From a virus, in IMG/VR virus record IMGVR_UViG_3300044731_000789, positions 1 through 64,000 of that record: DNA of 64,000 nucleotides; one strand, written 5' to 3'. Position 1 is the first letter of the stretch. Every line of letters begins with the position of its first letter. The notes under the pieces were generated by a model. It did no database searches and was not told where the DNA came from. It saw nothing but the letters and a program-made list of their open reading frames with translations. Position numbers and translations under genes: made by a program. Shown one piece after another: positions 28,079 through 38,158 of the stretch.

Positions 28079-30565
28079 TTGGAGTTCTATACAAGTGTCA
28101 GAAAACTTGGTAAAAATATTCTATACAGGGGAATAGATGAATATGGTAATCGTGTATGTGAAAAAGTTGAATATTCCCCAACATTATATGTGGAAGATAA
28201 TGTTGGGGAATGTATTCATAAATCAATGCATAAACTCCCACTTAAACCCATTAAATTTTTGAACATACCAGATGCAAATGAATTTATATCATCATATGAT
28301 TCAATTGAAAATTTCTCAATATATGGGGAAAAACGGTATGAATATTCTTTTATTAGTGAATTATTTAAGGGAAACATCCACCCAGATTATTCAAAAGTTT
28401 TAATATACAAACTGGACATTGAAACCAAATTAGATTTGAATGAAGGATTCCCATATCCTGCACAGTGTAGAGAAGAAATTTCATTAATCACTATAACAAA
28501 TTCTATTACAAAAAGGGTTACAACATTTGGTACGTTTGTTTATGATAATAGGGATAATGTTAATTTCATATATTGCATCAATGAAACACAACTACTAAAA
28601 CACTTTTTACAATTTTGGGTAAGTTCTTACCCAGATATTATTACAGGATGGTTTTCAAAAGGATTTGATATACCGTATCTATACAGAAGAATGGTAAAAG
28701 TTCTGGGGGAAAAACATGCAAAGAGATTGTCACCATTTAATTGGGTCAATGAAAGTGTGTCAGTAACCGACAAAGGAATGGAAGAATTTGAATATGACAT
28801 ATATGGAATCGATCATATCGATTACAGGGATTTGTACAAAAAATCTATTCAAGACCCAAGAGAATCATACAAACTAGATGAAATCGCCTTTATTGAATTG
28901 GGCGAACGAAAAGTTGAAAATCCATATGATACATTCAAAGAATTTTATGTAAACGATCCCAGTTTGTTTGTGTCATATAACATTCAAGATACAGTATTAT
29001 TAGATAGATTAGAAGACAAACTTAGATTACTTGGTAACATAATGTTTGTTGCATATAAGTGTAAAATAAATTTTTCAGATGCAATGTCTCCGGTTAGAAC
29101 CTGGGAAATTCTTATATACAACCATTTGTTGTCAAAGAATATCATAACACCCTTGGGTAAGTCTGGAGCACCAGTGCTAGATTTTGCTGGGGGATATGTT
29201 AAACATCCTGTTATTGGTAAACATAATTGGGTGGTGACATGGGATGTCAATTCTATGCATCCTCATATTATTATGAATTATAATATATCGCCAGAAACAA
29301 TGTTGAATACACCAGTTAAAAAGTTTTCTATCGATGATTTATTATACAAGACAGTAAATTTGGACAATATTGATGGAATAATGTCAGCTAATGGTGTGCA
29401 ATATTCAAAAGAGTTTGAAGGTATTTTACCAGAACTAATGTCAACATTTTATGCAGAAAGGCAATCAATTCAAGCAGAATTGAAACCCATGAAGAAAATT
29501 GATAACCCATCATCTGACATATTGGATAAAATCCGTATGATGGATGTGGCCCAAAATGGTATAAAGATTGGTATTCTTAATTCTGGGTATGGTGCATTAG
29601 GCAATAAACATTTTAAATATTTTGACACCAGATTGGCGGAAGCTGTTACACTAGGTAGCCAAATTGCTATCCGTTGGGTTGGCACTGCCATCAATGAATA
29701 TTTGAATAAGGTTTGTAAAACTGTTGATGAAGAATATTTCATATATGCTGACACGGATAGCAATTTTTTGAAATTTGAAAAATTTGTTGAATTGTACTGC
29801 CAAGGAATGACTGATAGAGAAATATCTGACACATTGAGTAAGGTATCGGAAGACAAAATTATTCCATTGATTGAGAAAAAATTTAATGAATTGGCTCAAT
29901 ACATGAAATGTAATGAAAACAGATTAAAAATGTCAAGAGAAAATATTGCAAAATCTGTTTTTTTCAGGGGGGCAAGAAATTATGCAATGGCTGTTGTTGA
30001 CCAAGAAGGTAAAAAGTATGATCCCCCAAAAATGAAAATAGCTGGGTTAGAATGTGTTAAAAGTTCTACTCCAAAAATTGCAAGAGAATACCTTAAAAAA
30101 TGTGTTGAATTGATATTATTGGACTCAATTGAATCTGTAAGAGAATATGAACAATCTGCAAAACAAGATTTTTATTCAAAATCTGTTCAAGAAATTGCTT
30201 TACCTAGAAGTGTAAATGGTGTGGAAAAATATTCTGATCCAACAACTTTGTATAAATCACGATGCCCTATTGCCGTTAGGGGGGCAATATTGCATAATTA
30301 TTATGTTACAAAACATAATTTACAAAATAAATATCAAATGATAAATGATGGAGACAAAATAAAATTTGCCTATCTAAAGTTACCAAACCCAATTAGGGAA
30401 AATGTTATTTCATGGAATGGAAAAATTCCCCATGAAATAATTCTTGACAATATGTTTGATTATGATATAATGTATTCCAAAGCATTTATTGGACCGCTTG
30501 AATCAATGCTTGATTGTGTCGGATGGGATTTGAAACACAAATTTAATATTTTAGACTTTTTTTGA
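28079..30565 (+). CDS. gp43: Family B DNA polymerase with atypical motifs
   Basis: DIET, FDIPY, YNIQD exonuclease motifs; GGYV, DVNSMHP, NSGYG, YADTDS, GLE..KSSTP; TTG start with GGGGAG RBS. Confidence 0.95.
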   Translation: MEFYTSVRKLGKNILYRGIDEYGNRVCEKVEYSPTLYVEDNVGECIHKSMHKLPLKPIKFLNIPDANEFISSYDSIENFSIYGEKRYEYSFISELFKGNIHPDYSKVLIYKLDIETKLDLNEGFPYPAQCREEISLITITNSITKRVTTFGTFVYDNRDNVNFIYCINETQLLKHFLQFWVSSYPDIITGWFSKGFDIPYLYRRMVKVLGEKHAKRLSPFNWVNESVSVTDKGMEEFEYDIYGIDHIDYRDLYKKSIQDPRESYKLDEIAFIELGERKVENPYDTFKEFYVNDPSLFVSYNIQDTVLLDRLEDKLRLLGNIMFVAYKCKINFSDAMSPVRTWEILIYNHLLSKNIITPLGKSGAPVLDFAGGYVKHPVIGKHNWVVTWDVNSMHPHIIMNYNISPETMLNTPVKKFSIDDLLYKTVNLDNIDGIMSANGVQYSKEFEGILPELMSTFYAERQSIQAELKPMKKIDNPSSDILDKIRMMDVAQNGIKIGILNSGYGALGNKHFKYFDTRLAEAVTLGSQIAIRWVGTAINEYLNKVCKTVDEEYFIYADTDSNFLKFEKFVELYCQGMTDREISDTLSKVSEDKIIPLIEKKFNELAQYMKCNENRLKMSRENIAKSVFFRGARNYAMAVVDQEGKKYDPPKMKIAGLECVKSSTPKIAREYLKKCVELILLDSIESVREYEQSAKQDFYSKSVQEIALPRSVNGVEKYSDPTTLYKSRCPIAVRGAILHNYYVTKHNLQNKYQMINDGDKIKFAYLKLPNPIRENVISWNGKIPHEIILDNMFDYDIMYSKAFIGPLESMLDCVGWDLKHKFNILDFF

Positions 30566-30572
30566 GGTTGGT

Positions 30573-30956
30573 ATGAGTGTAAAAATTTTCGATAACATGA
30601 TTGGTAAAATCGTAACGACCATTCATGGTAATATTGGCGATGAGGTTATAGAATTTGTTACAACAGATGGGTCAAAATTTATTTTTTCACATGAACCAGA
30701 TTGTTGTGAATCTGTTTACATTGAGGATATATGCGGCGATCTAATAGATTTAATTGGTTCGCCAATTACCATGGCGGAAGAGGTATCTAATATTGACGAA
30801 CCAAAATTACCATCGGACAATTATGCACAAGAATCATACACATGGACATTTTACAAATTTGGCACCAATCGTGGGACAGTAACTGTCCGATGGTTTGGGG
30901 AAAGCAATGGGTGCTATTGTGAAGAACCGCAATATAGAGAATTTTTAACACAGTGA
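30573..30956 (+). CDS. Conserved phage hypothetical protein
   Basis: DCCESVYIEDICGDL, SYTWTFYK, RW.GESNG motifs. Confidence 0.7.
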   Translation: MSVKIFDNMIGKIVTTIHGNIGDEVIEFVTTDGSKFIFSHEPDCCESVYIEDICGDLIDLIGSPITMAEEVSNIDEPKLPSDNYAQESYTWTFYKFGTNRGTVTVRWFGESNGCYCEEPQYREFLTQ

Positions 30957-31414
30957 GAAAAATGATGGAATTTATTGAGAAAGTAAAGTTATTTAATGCA
31001 ATTGCCGGTCAACCGGAAGAATTTAACCCAAGAAAAATTGCATTATATGTTGGATTAATTTGTGAAGAATTTGCTGAAATTATTGATTCATTTGATTCTG
31101 GAGAATTGGCAGAATTAGCAGATACATTAGACGACTTTTCATTGCGGTTTAAGTCAGGTGCTTATGATAATTTGGCAGCAAAAGTGGATTGCGTAGAATT
31201 TTTGGATGGGTGTATAGATGTTGCCGTAGTAGCAACTGGTGCTGCAATCTGTGTTGGCGCAGATATTGTGCCAGCTTTTCATCATATTGCTGACAATAAT
31301 TTGTCAAAATATAATTTAGTCGATGGTGAATATGTAGTGCTTCGTGACGAAAACGGCAAAATTATGAAACCAAGTAATTACCAAAAACCAAACCTTGCGC
31401 CATTCTTTAAATAA
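30953..31414 (+). CDS. MazG-like / PRA-PH-like NTP pyrophosphohydrolase
   Basis: LICEEFAE, EFLDGCIDV, NNLSK, RDENGKIMKP. Confidence 0.75.
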   Translation: MRKMMEFIEKVKLFNAIAGQPEEFNPRKIALYVGLICEEFAEIIDSFDSGELAELADTLDDFSLRFKSGAYDNLAAKVDCVEFLDGCIDVAVVATGAAICVGADIVPAFHHIADNNLSKYNLVDGEYVVLRDENGKIMKPSNYQKPNLAPFFK

Positions 31415-31415
31415 T

Positions 31416-31571
31416 ATGTCAAATAAATTCACCTGTGCAGATTTGCATCTTGGGCACAAAAATATTATTGATTTTACTTATCCAAATTCGGATCAAAGAT
31501 TTCGCCCATTTGAATCTGTTCAAGAACATGATCAGATTCTGATAGATAATTGGAACAAGGTAGTTGGCCCA
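31416..31571 (+). pseudogene. Metallophosphoesterase truncated by the tnpB element
   Basis: ADLHLGHKNII...RPFESVQEHDQILIDNWNKVVGP breaks where the GD motif should follow; junction coincides with the omega-RNA 3' end. Confidence 0.8.
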
Positions 31572-31733
31572 TTGGAATTTCGCAGGGATTCTGAGTTAAC
31601 TCAACATCGTGATTGAGCTAACATGAACCATTGCAAATTGACATGTCATCCATACTGGTTTCACCAAGCAACGAAGTTGCGAAGCCAGAGCCAATTATGT
31701 CTATGTCCGTTAATTTCCCAGTTCCCCTGGGTA
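31572..31733 (-). ncRNA. cis omega-RNA of tnpB; predicted guide TGGGCCAACTACCTTG (31571 downward)
   Basis: Overlaps the tnpB 3' end; nested stems; terminal GTTAGCTCAA/TTGAGTTAAC hairpin; reRNA-like layout; homologous to 2929-3065. Confidence 0.8.
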
Positions 31734-32864
31734 TTTGTTCGGTATTCCTAGATCAGATAAGCCTCTGGCTAGAATATTTTTAGCAGCATTTAAGTCTCGG
31801 TCATGGAAAGTATTGCAGGAACTGCAAGTCCATTCCCGAATATGTAAAGACATTGGTGTTTCATGTCTATGACCACAAACATTGCAGTCTCTGCTAGTAT
31901 AATTGGGGTTGACCTTCAAGAATGTTCTTCCGTACCATTTGGATTTATATTCCAATAACCGGAAGAAATCAGACCATGAAGCATCAGCTATAGATCGAGA
32001 TAATCTTTTGTTTTTCAAAAGATTCTTGATTTTTAAGTCTTCTACGATAATAACATCGTTGGATTTTACTATCTTATAAGATAATTTGTGTAGAAAGTCC
32101 GAACGGGAGTTCGATACTTTCTGGTAGATCAGAGCAACTGCTTTACGTTTCTTTTCTCGTCTATTAGATTCTTTTTTGGAACGAGACAAAGCACGTTGGG
32201 AACGTTTAAGTGCTTTTAGTTTTTTCTTTAGAAATCGTGGATTCTCAACAGAATTTCCGTTGGAATCATAAAGAAAGACTTTTAAACCAGCATCAATACC
32301 AATAATATTATTGGTGGCTGGAAATAAATCTACTTGACATTCTACAGAAAACGATATATGATACTTACCAGTGGCATCCAATGAAACAGTTGCCATTTTG
32401 GGTATCCCAGGAAATTCATGGGATACTTTAATTTTAACAGCACCTAGTTTTGGTAGTTTAAGAACTCCGTCCTTAAGGACAATATCCTGCATACGCACGG
32501 ATTTCTTGTTATACTTAGATTTGAATGTTGGTAAACCGGCTTTATTGGAACCTTTTGGTTTCTTTAAATCCCTAAAGAAATTAGAATACGCACTATTTAG
32601 GTCTAATAGTGATTGCCGTAGGCAAGTGCTAGGAACGTCAGATAACCAGTTAAAGTCTTCTTGTTTCTTTAAGATCGTAAGATCAGCAGATAACTGGTTG
32701 TTTGTTAGAGTGATACCTTGTTCTTTATAGGTATCACGTTTTAGTTTAAGATAATGGTTATAGACAAACCTTGAGCAACCAAACATTTTGTTTAGTAGTA
32801 TCTTTTGTTGTTGGTTAGGATAAAACCTAACCTTGAAAGATTTGTTTATAGTATTTTTGTTCAT
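31710..32864 (-). CDS. tnpB: RNA-guided endonuclease TnpB
   Basis: KVRFYPN...FGCSRFVYN N-terminus; RuvC GID, VEDL, DRDLNAA intact; CxxC..CxxC zinc finger. Confidence 0.96.
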   Translation of the reverse strand: MNKNTINKSFKVRFYPNQQQKILLNKMFGCSRFVYNHYLKLKRDTYKEQGITLTNNQLSADLTILKKQEDFNWLSDVPSTCLRQSLLDLNSAYSNFFRDLKKPKGSNKAGLPTFKSKYNKKSVRMQDIVLKDGVLKLPKLGAVKIKVSHEFPGIPKMATVSLDATGKYHISFSVECQVDLFPATNNIIGIDAGLKVFLYDSNGNSVENPRFLKKKLKALKRSQRALSRSKKESNRREKKRKAVALIYQKVSNSRSDFLHKLSYKIVKSNDVIIVEDLKIKNLLKNKRLSRSIADASWSDFFRLLEYKSKWYGRTFLKVNPNYTSRDCNVCGHRHETPMSLHIREWTCSSCNTFHDRDLNAAKNILARGLSDLGIPNKYPGELGN

Positions 32865-32870
32865 TACAAT

Positions 32871-32878
32871 TATTTATC
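32871..32878 (-). promoter_or_regulatory. Late-promoter-like box 6 nt before the tnpB ATG
   Basis: GATAAATA-ATTGTA-ATG on the minus strand; no SD. Confidence 0.55.
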
Positions 32879-33391
32879 AAAAAAGGAATGTATGCCAATA
32901 GAATATTGCAACCATGCTAATGATTTGATTGAGTGCCCAGGCGCTCACAACTACGCTTCGCTAAACACTACGCTGCGCGCTTCGCTGGGGGGTCGTCAGG
33001 CATCCCTGCCTTCCTTCGATGAAATTAATAGATTAAAAAATAAAAATGCTGCTCTTGTCGATGCATTGCTAGAATTGATGACTTACCATCCACGAGAATA
33101 TTGGGAAGGTGTTGGAGCGAACTTGTATAGAAAAACTGCTGGTTCTGCAATATCGAAAACACTGGATAAATGTGATGTGGCATTAAGCTATGGTGGTGAA
33201 GTAAAATGATGATTGATGAAGTGGAGATATGTGAATAATGAGATTTAAAGCTATTTGGATTGCAATTACTAGACCACAATATGTAATAACATGTGATCAA
33301 GGGATGACTTTATTAAAAGAAATTTGGAATTGGACAACATATAAAAACACACCTTGGTACAAAAATACTGAACAAGTATTGAAACAATATT

Positions 33392-33949
33392 ATGATAAGT
33401 AATCCATTCCATGATCTACCACATGTGATAGATTTCTTTAAAACAGAACAAGAAGCACATAATGAACGAATACAAAGGATACATAACTTAGTAAATGATT
33501 TTGTATCATTAGGTTCAGCATATCGAGTTAGAAAACAATATACTGTCTCAGACATGCTGAGAAAAGTATTGGAAAGTAATGATATAAAAGTTATTCAATC
33601 AAAAAATGGTATGAAAGATTTGGTTGAATTTGGCATATTGTTTAGTAAATGTATAAACAATATTGGGACAATATATCAAACATCCGATGTATTAAATTAT
33701 ATTAAATCCACAGATACATATATAACAACCATCAAAAAATACCATTATTCAATTATAACTGAATATATTTTATGTTATAGATATTTTTATAACATACAGC
33801 AAAAAGAAATCGCAGAAAATATTGAAACGGTTTTAGTAAATAATAATATTAAAATAATATATGGCACATGTATGTTTAATGGTTGGGATAATATTCCAAA
33901 AATATATAGGGGTGATTTTGGACACGACACTTTTGAGGTAATAAAATGA
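33392..33949 (+). CDS. Hypothetical protein with a CysRS anticodon-binding-domain-like segment
   Basis: RVRKQYTVSDMLRKVLESNDIKVIQSKNG; a weaker second repeat follows. Confidence 0.5.
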   Translation: MISNPFHDLPHVIDFFKTEQEAHNERIQRIHNLVNDFVSLGSAYRVRKQYTVSDMLRKVLESNDIKVIQSKNGMKDLVEFGILFSKCINNIGTIYQTSDVLNYIKSTDTYITTIKKYHYSIITEYILCYRYFYNIQQKEIAENIETVLVNNNIKIIYGTCMFNGWDNIPKIYRGDFGHDTFEVIK

Positions 33950-34362
33950 AAACAATTACAAGAACAAGCGAAATTTATGTTGCCGATGACGGCAAAATTT
34001 TTGATGACAGCAATCTATGCTGGAATTATGATGTAACACTAAAAACCTATTGGTTTCGTTTAACGAAACCAGATTGGACAACAGATTTGTATAAAATTGT
34101 TGGAACAGAAAAATTTGTTGATAGTAATATTTCACAATTTTTACGAAAAAAATATGGCCCGATGTTCGGGGCAGAGAATGGGCAAATTGTGCAAAAATAT
34201 AGTATAGATATGTTGCACCAACTTACTTTCCAGGCTATCCTGGACAATGACGAGTATATGGACTTTTATACGCTCCGCGTATCAGATTTGGGGCTAGGAT
34301 TTGAACTAAATACCACATGTGAATTGTTCGATCAATCGAACCAGAATTTGGAGAATTTGTGA
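33946..34362 (+). CDS. Hypothetical protein
   Basis: GAGG RBS; YVADDGKIFD phage-type N-terminus. Confidence 0.6.
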   Translation: MKTITRTSEIYVADDGKIFDDSNLCWNYDVTLKTYWFRLTKPDWTTDLYKIVGTEKFVDSNISQFLRKKYGPMFGAENGQIVQKYSIDMLHQLTFQAILDNDEYMDFYTLRVSDLGLGFELNTTCELFDQSNQNLENL

Positions 34363-35465
34363 GCTTATTAGACAAGATTAAGAAAAATAGTACAATTAAA
34401 GAAGTAGAAATACTGGCAACCAGTAAGTATTTTACAAATAAGGATATGGTACAGATTCCTGTGCCAGCACTTAATATTGCATTAAGTGGTAGTTTAAGTG
34501 GTGGATTGACTCCAGGGTTAACACAGATAGTTGGAGAATCAAAACATTTTAAATCTACAATTATGCTTATTATGGCCAAAGCATACTTGGATAAGTATAA
34601 AGATGCAGTGATTTTGTTTTATAATAACGAATTTGGCGCTGGTCCAGCAATGTTTGAATCATTAGGTATTGATACAAATAGAGTTGTACACGTACCATTT
34701 ATGGATTTGGAGCAATTTACACTAGATGTTATGTCCCAATTAGATGGGATAGAACGTGGAGACAAAGTAATTATAATTGTTGACTCATTGGGTCAAGCTG
34801 CTTCAAAAAAAGAGGCACAAGATGCTTTGGATGGAAAATCTAAAGAAGATATGAGTCGGCCAAAAAAAATGAAAGGAATGAGTAGAATGATTACTCCATA
34901 CTTGAACCTTAAAGATGTTCCAATGCTTGCAGTTAATCATGTATATTCAACACAAGATTTGTTTTCAAAAAAGGTTGTTAGTGGTGGACAGGGGTTATAT
35001 TTGGCTAGTGATAATATCATAATGATGGGAAGACAGCAAGAAAAAGAAGGAACAGATGTTGTTGGGTACAAATTTGTTATGAATATTGAGAAAGGTAGAT
35101 ATACAAAAGAAAAATCGAAAATCCCATTGACTGTATCATTTGATGGTGGAATTTCTACATGGTCTGGTTTGTTGGATATTGCACTGGAAAATGGTTTTGT
35201 TACAAAACCATCAAATGGCTGGTATACCAGACCAAAATTTGATTTAGATGGTAAAAAATATAGGGAAAGGGATACGGATACAAAGGATTTTTGGTTGCCA
35301 GTATTGATGGATAAAGCGTTTCAACAAGCAGTGGAGCAAAAATATAAACTATTTACTGGAGACAAAAAACTTTTGCATGATGATAATATGTATGAAACAT
35401 ATGCAGATATGAATATTGAAATTGATTATGAAACTGGAGAAATCCTTGGAGAAACTGATGAGTAA
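34359..35465 (+). CDS. uvsX: RecA-like recombinase
   Basis: LNIALSG, GESKHFKS, IVDSLG..ASKKE, VSGGQG, GWY. Confidence 0.95.
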   Translation: MSLLDKIKKNSTIKEVEILATSKYFTNKDMVQIPVPALNIALSGSLSGGLTPGLTQIVGESKHFKSTIMLIMAKAYLDKYKDAVILFYNNEFGAGPAMFESLGIDTNRVVHVPFMDLEQFTLDVMSQLDGIERGDKVIIIVDSLGQAASKKEAQDALDGKSKEDMSRPKKMKGMSRMITPYLNLKDVPMLAVNHVYSTQDLFSKKVVSGGQGLYLASDNIIMMGRQQEKEGTDVVGYKFVMNIEKGRYTKEKSKIPLTVSFDGGISTWSGLLDIALENGFVTKPSNGWYTRPKFDLDGKKYRERDTDTKDFWLPVLMDKAFQQAVEQKYKLFTGDKKLLHDDNMYETYADMNIEIDYETGEILGETDE

Positions 35466-35730
35466 CCAATATGAATACAAAGTTGCCGGATTAGATGAAA
35501 CCGGCAAAATTATTGTATTAGTAGATGATACAAAATATGGTGGATATTCTTTGTTAATTGATGTTGGCCAAATGGGGCCAGATGGTAAAATTGAAATTGA
35601 TTATGATTTTGTTAGTGATAATGTTGTGCCAATTTCTTTACAAGAAAAGGTTGTAGAGGAAGTAGTACAAAACATTTTTGCCGAAATTCAAAAAGAAATT
35701 GACAATGAGAAACGAAGAATTAATTCTTAA
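35458..35730 (+). CDS. Hypothetical protein (uvsX-gp41 interval)
   Basis: Coupled to uvsX and gp41. Confidence 0.55.
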   Translation: MSNQYEYKVAGLDETGKIIVLVDDTKYGGYSLLIDVGQMGPDGKIEIDYDFVSDNVVPISLQEKVVEEVVQNIFAEIQKEIDNEKRRINS

Positions 35731-37069
35731 AAATTTATTATATAATGAAGAGTATCTCAGAAAAGTTATTCCATTCCTTCAACCAGAATATTTTGTAGAA
35801 AAATCTGATAAAATTGTTTTCAATATCATAAATGAACATTTTGAAAAATATAATGCTGTACCAACTATTGCAGCATTATCTATCATTTTAAACAATGAAA
35901 AGGGTATTGCTGAATATGATCACAAAGATTGCACCAAATTGGTGCAAGAATTGGGGAACGGATATGAACCCCAGAATATAGATTGGTTACTAACTTTTTC
36001 CGAGAAGTTTTGTAAAGATAAGGCAGTATTTAATGCCATCATGGCATCCATTAATATTATTGATGGAAACGATAAACAATTTTCACAAGATCATATTCCA
36101 GAGTTATTGAACAAAGCTTTGGCAATATCTTTTGACCAAGATATTGGACATGATTATTATGAAAATGCTGAAGATAGGTATGATTTTTATCATACCTTGG
36201 AAGAAAAAGTTCCGTTTGATTTAGATATATTTAATAAGATTACCAAAGGTGGATTACCTGGAAAAAGTTTATCTGTAATTTTGGCAAGCACTGGGGCAGG
36301 TAAATCTCTGTTTATGTGTCATTTGGCATCATATCATTCAAAGATTGGAAAAAATGTGTTATACATTTCTTTGGAAATGGCTGAGGAAAGGATTGGTGAA
36401 AGACTAGATTGTAATATATTGGATATAACTTTTGATGAATTGGACAGAATGGATAAAGAAACGTTTTTAACCAAAATAAATAAAGCAAAAAAGAGAAGTC
36501 CTGGTAGGTTAGTATTAAAAGAGTATCCAACAAGTTCGGCAAGTGCTGCACATTTCAGAGCATTACTCGAAGAGCTAAAAGTTAAGAAAAATTTTAAACC
36601 GGATATAATATTCATAGATTATTTGGGAATTTGTGCAAGTGCCCGGTACAAAAATTCTGGTAATGTTAATAGTTACAACTATTCAAAATCTGTTGCAGAA
36701 GAGCTACGTGGGCTAGGTATGGCATACAATGTACCAGTGGTAACAGCGGTGCAAGTAAATCGATCTGGTACAAATAATAGCGATCCAGAATGGGAAAATG
36801 TTGCGGAATCCCATGGTATTGCTATGACTGCAGATTTATTCTTTGCATTGTATGCTAGTGAGGAAATGCAACAACTGAACCAAATCATGGTAAAATTGAT
36901 GAAAAATAGATGGAATTCATTGGATTTTTACAGAAGATTTTTAATAGGGGTTGACAAATCAAAAATGAAACTGTATAATCTTGAACAACCAAATGGGAAC
37001 ATAAGTATGCCAGATTCTAAAACAGAAATGGCATCAAAACCTTCCCTATCATTCGACAATTGGAGTTAA
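35705..37069 (+). CDS. gp41: Replicative DnaB-like helicase
   Basis: ASTGAGKS, SLEMAEE, KEYPT, IFIDYL, AEELRGL, Q.NRSG, KNR. Confidence 0.96.
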   Translation: MRNEELILKNLLYNEEYLRKVIPFLQPEYFVEKSDKIVFNIINEHFEKYNAVPTIAALSIILNNEKGIAEYDHKDCTKLVQELGNGYEPQNIDWLLTFSEKFCKDKAVFNAIMASINIIDGNDKQFSQDHIPELLNKALAISFDQDIGHDYYENAEDRYDFYHTLEEKVPFDLDIFNKITKGGLPGKSLSVILASTGAGKSLFMCHLASYHSKIGKNVLYISLEMAEERIGERLDCNILDITFDELDRMDKETFLTKINKAKKRSPGRLVLKEYPTSSASAAHFRALLEELKVKKNFKPDIIFIDYLGICASARYKNSGNVNSYNYSKSVAEELRGLGMAYNVPVVTAVQVNRSGTNNSDPEWENVAESHGIAMTADLFFALYASEEMQQLNQIMVKLMKNRWNSLDFYRRFLIGVDKSKMKLYNLEQPNGNISMPDSKTEMASKPSLSFDNWS

Positions 37070-37071
37070 TT

Positions 37072-37317
37072 ATGAAAATAGCACCTGTGCAAAATATTGA
37101 TAAAAAATTTGAACCATTCATTTTGCCAATATTGGTTGAATCTGTAGACGATGCAGCAAAGTTACATGCATTGTTTAATCAGTGTTCTATTCTTTCATAT
37201 TTAGGAATACCAACTGGTGACTCTTTTAGAGATTTTATCACACAAAATTCTTCCGTGCCACATAATAAATGTGTAGAAGAATTCAACAGAATTTATAAAT
37301 TGTTCAATGGAAGATAA
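37072..37317 (+). CDS. Hypothetical protein
   Basis: GGAG RBS; follows gp41. Confidence 0.5.
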   Translation: MKIAPVQNIDKKFEPFILPILVESVDDAAKLHALFNQCSILSYLGIPTGDSFRDFITQNSSVPHNKCVEEFNRIYKLFNGR

Positions 37318-37482
37318 TATAGGAATTGATGACAAATTTTCAATCAGATTGATACCAGAATCAGATTGGAATAGAGATAGATGTGGCACATGTTTTGCCT
37401 TTATTGGCAATCAATGTGCCAAGTCTGGTATCAATGTTGATGAATATTCACAAATTTGTGAGTATTACGACCCGGAGAATGG

Positions 37483-37728
37483 ATGAATATAGAATCATTG
37501 TTAAAAAATCCTTCAGAATTTTCAATGTATATTGAAAGAGAAGCAAAAAAATCTAATACAACATTGTTTGATATGTTGCTTAGTTCATGTGAAAAATATA
37601 ATATTGAAATAGATTCTGTTAAAAAATTGATATCAAAATCATTGGAAGAAAAGATGTACCAAGAAGCATTAACAATGAATTTGTTAACAGAGAAAAAAGT
37701 TGTTTCCCCATTAATGAAATTTTTATAG
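37483..37728 (+). CDS. gp33: Late transcription coactivator
   Basis: FS.YIE...CEKYNIEIDSVKKLISKSL.EK...EA...NLL. Confidence 0.82.
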   Translation: MNIESLLKNPSEFSMYIEREAKKSNTTLFDMLLSSCEKYNIEIDSVKKLISKSLEEKMYQEALTMNLLTEKKVVSPLMKFL

Positions 37729-38158
37729 GATCAAGAATGTACCAACAAGAATATCCCGTTTTTAAAGATGAAGACCAATTTTTTTACAGTGATGGAATTG
37801 TGGCAGATAATGGTATTCATTGTGAAATTCATTTAGATAATGGTGGTACGAAATGGGCTAATGTTATGCCGATGGATTTGTGTACTATTGCTTGTTCAAG
37901 AGTTGGTTACATTTTGGCGGAATAATGGTATATTATATTAATCCAAGAATTGTTGAATTAAAACGTTTAATCGAAAAACATACCAAAATGATTGAAAGAA
38001 TTCAGTCAAAATGCGATCATAATAATTATCCAAAAAGATATAAACATGTATATCCAGAATATGTTACGGTAACATATGGTGCAAATTTGGATCAATATTG
38101 GATAAATTGCCATTGTGCAAAATGTGACGCAAAATTTACAGTTTTTATGTGAGAAAAT

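Larger units (their letters stand above)
31572..33017 (-). mobile_element. tnpB-only IS200/IS605-family (IS1341-like) element
   Basis: tnpB plus omega-RNA, no tnpA; right end TTCCAA at 31577-31572; left boundary uncertain (GC-rich block ends near 33017). Confidence 0.7.

Noticed and set aside
32805-33017. 5' part of the 134-aa plus-strand ORF
   Set aside because: It reads through the tnpB start and the GC-rich block; only the part after about 33018 looks like a real gene remnant
31416-33209. IStron or intron whose removal would restore the phosphoesterase
   Set aside because: The downstream remnant (DEINRLKNKNAALV...) lacks GD/GNHD motifs; no group I core recognised; tnpB is antisense to the host gene
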